NCBI GenBank assembly: GCA_964016885.1
Contig: OZ024741.1
Coordinates: 344,720,001 to 344,784,000 of the forward strand
Length of the DNA stretch: 64,000 nucleotides
Direction: 5' to 3'
DNA from: Eledone cirrhosa
Lineage: Eukaryota
Under the pieces are notes generated by a model, which had not been told where the DNA came from, searched no databases, and saw nothing but the letters and a program-made list of their open reading frames with translations. Positions 52,393-64,000 of this stretch are shown in pieces. A program made the position numbers and the translations under genes. Position 1 is the stretch's first letter, and each line of letters starts with the position of its first letter.

Positions 52393-54079
52393 CATCATCA
52401 TCATCATCATCATTTTACGTCCGCTTTTCCCTGCTTGCATGGGTGGGACGGGTCTTATTCAGCACAGCATCTCTCCACTCGTCACGGTCCTTCGTCATCT
52501 CCACCGTGAGCTTCAATGATCTGAGGTCTGTTCTCACCACCTCTGCCCATGTTTTTCGTGGTCTACCTCTACCACGTCTTCCTTCAACTGGCATTTCCTG
52601 GCACTTCTTCACCCATCGGTCATCCTCCATGCGCATCACATGTCCATACCACCTCAGTCACCTCTCCCGTACACTACATTCTATCCCTCTCAGACACAGT
52701 TTCTCTCTCAACACATTTATGCTGGGTCGTTCACGCACATTTACACTGCACATCCAACGGAGCATGCTTGCCTCATTTCTCTCCAGCCATCGCATATCCT
52801 CTGCAGTTGCTGCCCATGTCTCACTACCATGCAGCATCGCGCTCCTCACACAGGCATCATACAACCAGCCTTTCATACGCAGGGAGAAACCCTTCTTCGT
52901 CAACAGAGGAAGCAGCTCCCTAAACTTCTTCCAACCCGTCCTTATTCTAGATACTATGGCCTCGGAACACCCTCCTCCCATGCTAATCTGATCTCCTAGG
53001 TACCGGAAGCTATCCACCACTTCTATAGCGCCCTCCTGCATCTGAAAAATGTGTCTATCAATGTGACTTCTACTGTCTAATTTCCCTGTACATCTACTGC
53101 ATACATATTTCTCCCTACCTGTTAGTTTGCCTGCTATCCCGCTACATCTCTTGTGTACCCAGGATCTGCATTGTGTGCATTTTATAGAATTTATGCCAGT
53201 TCCTTTTCTGCATATCGAACATGGCCATTTCCCTGACGGAATCAGAGTTTTGTCCTCTTTTCTACTCATCAACACTTTTGTCTTAGCTAGGTTCACTCTC
53301 AGTCCTCTTGCTTCCAACTGCTGTTTCCATAGCCAGAATTTATTCTCTAGCTCCTCTACTGATTCTGCTATAAGAACCAGATCGTCAGCATAGAGAAGTT
53401 CCCATGGACAGCCAGTCTTAAACTCCTCTGTTATGGCTTGGAGGACTATAATGAACAAGAGCGGGCTGAGGACCGAACCTTGATGTACTCCTACTTGTAT
53501 CTGGAATTCCTCACTAAACTGCATTCTTACCCTGACTTTACTGAGAGTACCTCTGTACAAAGTTTGCACTGTCCTCACAAGCCATTCCTCAACACCTAGC
53601 TTCCTTAGGGACCACCAGATGACAGATCGGGGTACCCTATCAAAGGCCTTCTCTAGGTCAACAAAGGCTAAGTATAGTGGCTTATTTTTCTCTAAGAACC
53701 TCTCTTGCAATTGTCTCACCAAGAAGAGGGCATCTGTTGTACTCTTCCCAGGCACAAAACCAAACTGCATCTCATCTAGTTTGACCCTTTCTCTAATTAG
53801 TTGTGCTAATATCCTTTCTGCCACTTTCATAACCTGATCTATCAGTTTTATACCTCTATAATTGCTCCTCTCCAGAGCATCCCCTTTACCTTTGTAGCAA
53901 TTTATGAGAATACTGCTGCACCAGTATTTGGGTATGATACCACCATATATAGCCTGATTGATGATGCGTGCAATCAGTTTAATGCCTACGTCCCCTGATG
54001 CCTTCAGCATCTCAACAACTATTCCCGATGGTCCAGCAGCCTTACCATTTTTCATTTCCCTAATCACCTCTTGGACCCT
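52391..54079 (-). pseudogene. 5'-truncated RTE LINE (second subfamily); RT with C4HC3 finger and one in-frame stop
   Basis: ORFs 52658-54079 and 52415-52639 are in the same frame, split by TGA at 52658-60; ORF runs into the (ATG)n tail. Confidence 0.93.
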
Positions 54080-54249
54080 ATATATATATATATATATACA
54101 TATATGTGTACATATGATAAGCCACAATTTTGATGCCTCTTGTATTCTGGTGCTGTGGTCAATATTGGGCTTTAAAACCTCGGATAGTGGTTTTGTTCTG
54201 TGTATGTACATTAATAAATAATATAATATATATATATATATTATATATA

Positions 54250-54306
<57 letters not shown>

Positions 54307-54342
54307 ATATATATAATATATATATGTGTGTATGTGTATGTG

Positions 54343-54649
54343 TTGTTATACTTTGGGAGGGTCATGCTGCCAATAAAAACACATGCACCTGTTGGTTTTC
54401 ACTTCAATTTATTATACATTTCAAGTTGGCTGGTTGGTTGGTTTGATAACCGGATGGTTGTTTATATGTTGTCAAAGCTCTTTCGTCACTCAAGCTGTGA
54501 CCTCCTCAATGACTAGGTTTTTATTTCGTGTCCCTCCTTTCTTCTGTCCTACACCATCTTGTGTGCTGTGTGTTGTATAATAAATTGACTTGCAAAACAA
54601 CAGGTGCGTGTGTTTTTATTGGCAGCATGACTCTCCCAAAGTATAACAA
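54343..54649 (-). mobile_element. pLTR-like unit with variant hammerhead (54471-54513) and inverted partial copy
   Basis: Arms 54343-54418/54574-54649; minus strand GTCA-TTGAGGA-g-GTCAC-agcttga-GTGAC-GAAA-GAGC-TT-TGAC. Confidence 0.6.
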
Positions 54650-54706
54650 TATCTGTTTCAATACACATTTTAAGATAAGGAATCGTGCAAAACAAATTCA
54701 AAAATG

Positions 54707-54749
<43 letters not shown>

Positions 54750-54751
54750 TA

Positions 54752-54960
54752 CTAGACCACCCGTGACCCGTGGGGTCACGTCCACTTCAAAGTATTTTTT
54801 TTAAAATCATGTTCACTTAAAAGTAATTTTTAAATAATTAAAATATACACAGACATGTATATAATGTGAACTAAAACTGGAAGGCCCATATATATATATA
54901 CGTGTGTGTATGTATATATATAAATGTGTGTGTTTGTATACATATATATATATATATGTG

Positions 54961-54995
<35 letters not shown>

Positions 54996-55402
54996 GTGGG
55001 TGTCTGTGATCTATACACACTGGTCATAGACACACACACATACACACACATATATATACACACACACGCATATATATATATGTATATACACAACAACACC
55101 ACCAGCTCTCTCTTCCATTCTCCTTCTGTGTCTCCTCTCCCTCTCTCTATGTCTGTCTTTTAATCTACTCTCTCATAGCCACCATCTCTTTCTCTCTATC
55201 TTTCTATGTCTCTCTGAAGGTACCCAGAAAACCCCATATCTCGGGACCCCATGGTGCAATTTTCGTGAAACTTGTTTTATTCCATTTGTATTCCTATTTT
55301 AGGGGTCAACTTCTTTTCAAAGTATTTTTCCATTATGCGCCCTTTTGGCTGTATTACATTACAGACAAGCAAGCAAGCAACCACAGACCTTTAGTATTAT
55401 AT
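54752..55402 (-). mobile_element. Non-autonomous Helitron-like element with internal microsatellites
   Basis: A|CTAG at 54752-55; perfect hairpin CGTGACCC-GTG-GGGTCACG (54762-80); other end CAGACCTTTAGTATTATATATA. Confidence 0.65.
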
Positions 55403-55420
55403 ATATATATATATACATAT

Positions 55421-57010
55421 ATCATCATCATCATCATCATCAACGTTTAACGTCCGTGTTCCACGCTTGCATGGGTTTGGACGGGGGTAGTCCCACTTGA
55501 GGCAAGAGTGATTGTCTCGCTCGCATAGGACTGTCTGGCAGGTTTTCTACAGTTGGATGCCCTTCCTAACACCAACCACATTTACAGTGTGGGTCTGGGA
55601 GGTTTTTACCGTGTTGCCTACACGGCCACATTACAGCGTGGACTGTGTGTTTTTTTGTCGTGACACCTACACAATCTCATTTGTTTCGGCCTCGATGGCA
55701 CGGCACCAACATAACTTTACATAGAACGGGGTGGTGTGGATGGGGTGGGGGTGGTGGGGGTGGGACGGGGTCTATTTTGTTAGAGATGCCTACTGGCTGG
55801 AGTAGGTTTTACTATATATTTAGGTAAGGCGGGTCTTCTCTGTTACTGAGTACCGCCAAAGGTCTCGGTCCAGTGACATTGTCTTGGAGAGGTGTAAGTG
55901 TGTGATGTCGGAGTTTATCAGCTCGTCCCAGGTTTTTCTAGGTCTGCCTATTCCGTGACTACCGTCTATCTTTATTGCCCTGCACTTTGTTATACAGCTA
56001 TCGACTTTCATGCGCATCACGTGTCCATACCAACGTAGCCTTCTCTCGAGTAAACAACATCTGATCCCTCTTATTTCTAATTTTTTCCTTAGTTCGTTTA
56101 TGCTTTGCCGTTCACGTATATTACTATTACACATCCAGCGGAGCATGCAAGCTTCGTTCCTCTCTAGTCTGCGTATATCCTCTGCACACAATGCCCAGGT
56201 CTCACTGCCATGCAGCATTGCTGTTCGTATGCAGGCATCGTACAACCTGCCTTTCATTTTTAGGGAGAACCCTTTAGCAGCTAATAGTGGTATAAGCTCT
56301 CTGAACTTTTTCCAACCAGTTCTGACTCTAGCTACAGTACTTTCAGAGCACCCTCCCCCACTGCTGATTTTATCGCCCAGGTAACGGAAGCTGTCCACTA
56401 TTTCTATAGAACCCTCTGCGCAATTGAAAGAGCTAGTATTTTGTGGGCACTTGCTGCTACTTATTGCACCAGAGCACCGGCCACATGTAAAATCTATGTT
56501 CTTAGTTAGCTTACCTGTGATCCCACTACATCTTTTATGCACCCATACTTTGCATTTAGGACATAAAATGGAGTTTCTACCTACGCCTTTCCTACACACC
56601 GAGCACGACCATTTCCCAGAAGGGACCGCCGCCTTGTTTTCTTTCCTACAAACTAGTACTTTGGTCTTAGCCAGGTAAATTTTAAGTCCTTTTGACTCTA
56701 GGCCGTGCTTCCATGTTTGGAATTTCTTCTCTAGCTCGGCCATTGATTCCGCTATGAGTGTCAGGTCGTCTGCGTATAGGAGTTCCCATGGGCAGCCTGT
56801 CTTGAACTCCTCTGTTATAGCCTGAAGGGCAATAATAAATAGTAGTGGGCTGAGAACAGAGCCCTGATGGACGCCAACTTTTACGCTAAACTCTTCACTA
56901 TATTCGTTGTTAATTCTAACCTTGCTGACTGTTTCTTTATACATGGCTTGTATAGCCCTCACAAGCCATTCGTCAACACCTAGTTTTCTAAGAGCCCACC
57001 AGATAATGGA
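55421..57010 (-). mobile_element. 5'-truncated RTE LINE, same subfamily as 14538-16997 (ORF 55820-57010 open)
   Basis: Protein nearly identical from SIIWW to KTRLT; same 3'UTR and (ATG)n tail. Confidence 0.95.
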
Positions 57011-57026
57011 ATATATATATATATAT

Positions 57027-57176
57027 ATCATCATCATCATCGTTTAACGTCTGTCTTCCCCGCTAGCATGGGTTTAGAAGGAAATTATCCCACTTGAGGC
57101 AAGATTGGTCGTCTCACTCGTATAGGACTGTCTGGCAGGTTTTCTACAGCTGGATACCCTTCCTAACACCAACCAC

Positions 57177-57180
<4 letters not shown>
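57027..57180 (-). mobile_element. Short RTE 3'-tail fragment
   Basis: (CAT)n-CGTTTAACGTC..CCTTCCTAACACCAACCAC. Confidence 0.8.
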
Positions 57181-57227
<47 letters not shown>

Positions 57228-57271
57228 AGAATAGGATTGGCTATGTAGTTGCTATTTAAGGTAGCTTAAAG

Positions 57272-57435
57272 TGGAGTGAGAATAAGAAGAAAGCAAGAAC
57301 GGGGTGGAGTTTTCCTCATCAGTTGTCTACTGGGGGTCTCGGATATTTCAACACTTTTAATAAGCCCCAGTAGACAACTGATGAGGAACCCCCCTCCCCC
57401 CTCACCGTTCTTGCTTTCTTCTTATTCTCATTCCA
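57272..57435. repeat. ~65-bp inverted repeat containing CTGATGAGG
   Basis: GAGAATAAGAAGAAAGCAAGAACGG..TTCCTCATCAGTTGTCTACTGGGG and its reverse complement at 57365-57435. Confidence 0.8.
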
Positions 57436-57451
57436 TTTCAAGCTATATATA

Positions 57452-58298
57452 TATCATCATCATCATCATCTTCGTTTAACGTCCATTTTCCATGCTAGCA
57501 TGTCTCGCTCATATAGGACTATCTGGCAGGTTTTCTACGGCTGGATGCCCTTCCTAACACCAACCACATTTACAGTGTGGAACTGGGAACTTTTTACCAT
57601 GTTACCTAGACGGCCACATTACAGCGTGGACTGTATTTTTTCTCGTGACACCTACACAAACTCGATCTCGATCTCATTTATCTCATTTATTTGGACTGGA
57701 TGTTGTGGTACCAACTTTATAGAGAGAGGTTGGTGTTGGTGGGAGTGGGAGGATAGGGTAGGGGTAGTGGATTGGGGTGCATATTTGGTTAAGAGGTGCC
57801 TACTGACTGTAGGTTTCGTTTTGTACATAGGCAAGGCGGGTCTTCTGTATTACTGCGTAGCACCAAAGATCTCGGTCCAGTGACATTGTTTTAGAGAGGT
57901 GTAAGTGTGTAAGGTTGGAATTTATCAGATCACCCCAGGTTTTTCTGGATCTACCTACTCCGTAACTACTATCAATTTTGATCGCCCTGCACTTTTTTAT
58001 ACAGCTGTCGTCTTTCATGCGCATCACGTGACCATACCAACGTAGTCTTCTCTCGAGTAAACAGCATCTGATCACTCTTATTCCTAATTTCTCACTTAGT
58101 TCATTTATGCTTTGCCGTTCACGTATATTACTATTACACATCCAACGGAGCATGCATGCTTCACTCCTTTAAAGTCTACGCAGGTCCTCTGCACGCCATG
58201 CCCATGTCTCACTGCCATGTAGCATTGCTGTTCGTATACAAGCATCATATAATCTGCCTTTCATTTTTAGAGAGAAACCTTTTGTAGCCAACAGCGGT
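57452..58298 (-). pseudogene. Older 5'-truncated RTE LINE copy
   Basis: MLRWMCNSNIRERQSINEL..RLRWYGHVMR..RKTW; related 3'UTR. Confidence 0.9.
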
Positions 58299-58449
58299 AT
58301 ATATATAGTTTCGTTGACAATTATACTAATGTGCACAGACACACAGATATATTGTCCTTGGTATGACAGTGTGGTTTTAGCTCAATGTAGGATAACTAGT
58401 ATACTACAATGTATTTCTAAGCACTCTTTAGTTATTCCTAAACTTATAA

Positions 58450-58521
<72 letters not shown>

Positions 58522-59899
58522 CACTGCCTGCATCAAAGTATGGTCTACAAGTGTCAATTTGTAACATCTTTAACACATAAACATAGATATACATACAGTA
58601 CTGAGAATATGACAGAAACTATGGATGCCCAAATTTGTACTAGAGCTCATATGTGTGTGTGTATACTAGTTCTTATATGTGTTTGTGCTTCTTATTTATA
58701 CATGTGGATGTGTGCAACTGTGTGTGTATGTTTATTACAATTAGTATTTGATTTGCAGGTAGCCAGTTGTGTGTGTATTAGCTACAATTAGTATTTGATA
58801 TACAAGTGGGCAGGTTGTGCGTGTGTGTTTCTAATTGTGTTTATATGTGTATGTATATGTGTGCACTAGTGCTTATGTGTGTGTGTGTGTGTGTGTGCAC
58901 TAGTGCTTATATGTGCTAGTGTGTGTGTGTATGTTTGCTACAGTTAGTGTTTGATATGCAGGTGGTCAACTTTATGTCTGCATGTGTATATGTACTGGTG
59001 CTTATATATATATATATATGTGCGTGTGTGTGTATGTGTTGGTGCTTGTGTGTGTGTGTATGTACTGGTGCTTATGTGTGTGTATATGTACTGGTGCTTA
59101 TATGTGTGTGTACTGGTGTTTACATATGTGTTTGTGTGTGTATGTTTGCTACAATTAGTGTTTGATATGTAGGTGGGCAGGTGTATAATGACTTTTGTCT
59201 GCAATTATATAGTTTGTGCTATGGAAAATAGAGTTGACGAGGTGGTGGTGGTGGTGGTGGTGGTGGTGATAGTGGTGGTGGTATATGTTGTGTGTGGTGT
59301 ATGTGTTGGTGTTGGTGATTGTGTATGTGGTATTGGTGGTGTATATGGTGATGGTGGTATATGATGTGGTTTTGGTTGCATATATGTTGTTGGTGGAAGT
59401 GGCATATGTGTAAGTGGTTTTGGTGGGGTATGTGACCGTGCACTAGTACACTTTACACCACACCTCAGTACACTTTACTATGACCGCGCACTACACCAAC
59501 ATACTTTCCATCCATTCCTTATATATAAAAAAAATTAGATGAATGAGACTTTACATTAAAATATGTCAATAAATGAATAAAATATTTTTAGTGAATTTCA
59601 AAGAAATATAGACATTTTTCACCTAACATCACGCTCAGATTTCACTATAGTGTTTCACTATGTTATACCACATTACACCACATCATACAACACATCACAC
59701 TTCAGTACATCACACAACACTATAACAACCTTTATTACTCCAGTGTACACCACACTATATTGCACACACAACACACCTCAGTACACTCCACTATACTCCA
59801 CCATCACAAACAATATCACTCCTCATTATACCACACTACATAAAACTACACATACAGTACACCACTCTAGACCTCACCACACTATACAACACTACACTA

Positions 59900-61910
59900 C
59901 ATTACATAACACTTATACCATACTACATTACACAACACTTATACCACACTACATCAGACAACACTTATACCACACTACATCACACAACACATATACAACA
60001 CTACATCACACAACACTTATACCACACTACATCACACAACACTTATACCACACTACATCAGACAACACTTATACCACACTACATCACACAACACATATAC
60101 AACACTACATCACACAACACTTATACCTCACTACATCACACAACACTTATACCTCACTATATCACACAACACTTATACCACACTACATCAGACAACACTT
60201 ATACCTCACTACATCACACAACACTTATACCTCACTATATCACACAACACTTATACCACACTACATCAGACAACACTTATACCACACTACATCACACAAC
60301 ACTTATACCTCACTACATCACACAACACTTATACCTCACTATATCACACAACACTTATACCACACTACATCAGACAACACTTATACCACACTACATCACA
60401 CAACACTTATACCACACTATATCACACAACACTTATACCACACTACATCACACAACACTTATACCACACTACATCACACAACACTTATACCACACTACAT
60501 CAGATAACACTTATACCACACTACATCACACAACACTTATACCACACTACATCACAGAACACTTATACCACACTACATCACACAACACTTATACCACACT
60601 ACATCACACAACACTTATACCACACTACATCACACAACACTTATACCTCACTACATCACACAACACTTATACCACACTACATCACACAACACTTATACCA
60701 CACTACATCACACAACACTTATACCACACTACATCACACAACACTTATACCACACTACATCACACAACACTTATACCACACTACATCACATAACACTTAT
60801 ACCACACTACATCACACAACACTTATACAACACTACATCAGACAACATTTATACCACACTACATCAGACAACACTTATACCACACTACATCACACAACAC
60901 TTATACCACACTACATCACATAACACGTATACCACACTACATCACACAACACTTATACCACACTACATCAGACAACACTTATACCACACTACATCACACA
61001 ACACTTATACCACACTACATCACATAACACGTATACCACACTACATCACACAACACTTATACCATACTACATTACACAACACTTATACAACACTACATCA
61101 CACAACACTTATACCACACTACATCACACAACACATATACGACACTACATCACACAACACTTATACCACACTACATCACACAACACTTATACCACACTAC
61201 AACACACAACACTTATATCACACTACGTCACACAACACTTATACCACACTACATCACACAACACTTATACCACACTACATCACACAACACTTATACCACA
61301 CTACATCACACAACACTTATACCACACTACATCACACAACACTTATACCACACTACATCACACAACACTTATACCACACTACATCAGACAACACTTATAC
61401 GACACTACATCACACAACACTTATACCACACTACATCACACAACACTTATACCACACTACATCACACAACACTTATACCACACTACATCAGACAACACTT
61501 ATACCACACTACATCACACAACACTTATACCACACTACATCACACAACACTTATACCTCACTACATCACACAACACTTATACCACACTACATCACAGAAC
61601 ACTTATACCACACTACATCACACAACACTTATATCACACTACATCACACAACACTTATACCACACTACATCACACAACACTTATACCACACTACATCAGA
61701 TAACACTTATACCACACTACATCAGACAACACTTATACCACACTACATCACACAACACATATACAACACTACATCACACAACACTTATACCACACTACAT
61801 CTCACAACACTTATACCACACTACATCACACAACACATATACAACACTTATACCACACTACATCACACAACACTTATACCACACTACATCACACAACACT
61901 TATATCATAT
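59900..61910. repeat. 26-bp C/A-rich minisatellite, ~75 copies
   Basis: AACACTTATACCACACTACATCACAC. Confidence 0.95.
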
Positions 61911-62109
61911 TACACAACACTACACTAAACCACACATTACCACTACATACCACATTACACCACATCACACAACACTACATCACACAACACTACAACAACC
62001 TTTATTACTCCAGTGTAGACCACACTATATTGCACACACAACACACCTCAGTACACTTTACTATGACCGCGCACTACGCCAACATTCTTTCCATCTATTC
62101 CTTATAGTG

Positions 62110-62803
62110 TTAATCCTTTAACATTTACATTACTCTATATTTAATCTAATAATGACAATGAAATTATTGTGTACAGAGCTCAGGTGCACTACAACTTATC
62201 AAAGGTGCATGTATAGTATGTAGAATAACGTACAAATGTCAGGAAAAGGAACGTGTACATGTGTATGGAGGTGGGATATCAGGTATAGTGTTGGTGAATT
62301 TCAGGAAGCATGGAGGTTTTAAAGGATGCAGTGTCCCGACAGCTAACAACTGTTGCAAGTAGTTTGTTCCATGCTTCAGCAACTCTGTCGTGAAAAAATG
62401 TTTCCGAAAGTCATGGGAGCTGTGCTGTTTTCTGATTGTGTGGGCATATCCATGGGTGTGAGACACATGGAAATCAAACAGGTGCTCAGGGTTGTTGTAG
62501 GCAAATGGTTAATAATTTTGTGGGTGTTTACCAAGTCAGTTGTCAGATGTTGGAGCTTCAATGTATCGATGCCCAGGGAAGCAAGGCATTCAGAGTATGG
62601 TAGATGCCTTACTATTGTATTTTCACAGTTAAGGCTTTACTTCACATAATTATCTCACATAATATCGAATCTATGACATTTTGATATTATTTATTTTGAG
62701 AATACTATCACATAAGTATGAGTGGCCAGTTATGGTCGGTTTGAACAGAAAGACCTGAGACAATTCTGGCCGGGTACAGCCAGTTTAAAAGTTAAAGGAT
62801 TAA
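62110..62803. mobile_element. piggyBac-type MITE split by a CR1-like 3' fragment (62146-62600, - strand)
   Basis: MITE left end TTAATCCTTTAACATTTAC, right end GTTAAAGGATTAA; insert homologous to 41420-41895. Confidence 0.75.
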
Positions 62804-63489
62804 AGAAAGAAAATAAAAGAAAAAAACAATGGAACTACACATTGGATAATGTATGTCTACGGTGGTTACTGCTGGAAAAACATTTGAATATAAGTCTACT
62901 GGATTACGGCTGGCCTGGGGTTAAATGACAACAATAAGAAAAGGAGCAACAACAACAAGGGAGCCTCTAGCATGGCTACCTGATTTGCTAGAAGCAACAC
63001 CCAAAACTCCCTCAAAACACACTTTACCATTATTTCTAGACATGGCTAGAGCATCTTTTGAGAAAAGAACAACACCAACAGAAAAATAGAACTACAATTA
63101 TAACAACAGTGTGGTATTGGTTCCAGCTCTGTGTAGTCTGAGTTCAAATCCTGCTGAGGGCAACTTTACCTTTCATCTTTGCAAATGTGATAAATAAAGT
63201 ACGGCTCCAGGGTAGTGGATTGGCAGGGATGACTTGTGTCGGTTCCAGCTCTTTGCATTCTGAGTTCAAGTCTCATTTTGGGCAGTATACTACTTGAATA
63301 GTAGATAAACACTGAATCCATTGCCTGGTTTTTCACTATCAACACCTGACTGCTTAGGATAGTTTCAGTATAGTCCACTCCTGTTGCAGGCATTCACATG
63401 AGATTTGTGGCTTTAGAATACCTTCCTCCTTCCATCCCACCAATGTCAGAGGCCCTGAAAAGGATCATGGTCACTGCCATTTCCTTCCT

Positions 63490-63765
63490 GACTAAACGGT
63501 TAAAAAAATGGTGAAAGTATTACTACAGAGGATAGCCAGTGACACCCACAGCAATAGCCACTTCTTCTCAAGGGGCTCCTTCATCAGGCAGGCTGCAGTC
63601 TTCCTGATATTGCTGAGGAAAACATTAGTTCGGGGACTGAGGGTAGACAGTCTTGATGGTGACTGATACAAAAAGGAAGTGGTCAGTTAAGTCCTGGTAT
63701 TTGGTTGTCTTCCTCTTCATTGCATTGAGGGCAGCAGTACCCAGGTTAGTGGCCGAAGCAACAAG
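63490..63765 (-). pseudogene. CRE-like (RLE) retrotransposon C-terminal remnant
   Basis: Minus-strand translation GTAALNAMKRKTTKYQDLTDHFLFVSVTIKT. Confidence 0.45.
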
Positions 63766-64000
63766 GTTGTAGTTATATGATCAAAGGGATACCAGCCATA
63801 GCTATTCCAACATTTTTCCTGCTAGTACATATATGACAACAATATCAAATGCTTCCTTGCCTTTATTACAATTGTGGTACATGGTATGGAAGCTATTTAG
63901 TGTGCTATTTTTTGCAGACTGAGTGACCACATTGAAGCTTTCTCATTGACCAGTGGTGTGGTGAAGTGTTCTGTGGTATTGTGTGGTGTACAGTGGTATA

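Noticed and set aside
59650-61910. His/Thr-rich protein or telomeric repeat
   Set aside because: 26-bp minisatellite; no TTAGGG-type motif
63555-63595. Minus-strand CTGATGA-AGG..CCTT-GAGA hammerhead
   Set aside because: GAGA instead of GAAA, no stem I or III, and it lies within a retrotransposon coding remnant

Overview
Eukaryotic, AT-rich, repeat-saturated DNA. The abundant (TA)n/(TACA)n/(CAT)n microsatellites and the RTE LINE plus tRNA-SINE repertoire suggest a mollusc, probably a coleoid cephalopod such as Octopus; this is an inference. No complete host gene, rRNA, true tRNA or CRISPR array is visible, and almost all listed ORFs are repeat artefacts. Real coding remnants are 5'-truncated RTE-clade LINEs whose RT carries an inserted C4HC3 (PHD-type) finger, plus fragments of CR1-, Tx1/L1-, R4/Dong- and CRE-like elements. 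The window also holds two SINE families, hAT-, Tc1/mariner- and piggyBac-type MITEs, two Helitron-like elements, and 80-, 48- and 26-bp tandem arrays. The least-explained signal is about ten short non-coding inserts in (TA)n tracts that are palindromic and/or carry minimal hammerhead-ribozyme motifs (complete at 17811-17871 and 34118-34158). They resemble Penelope-like pseudo-LTR or retrozyme-type units. Two phase-compatible candidate + strand host exons (40716-40787, 49096-49243) are suggested at low confidence.
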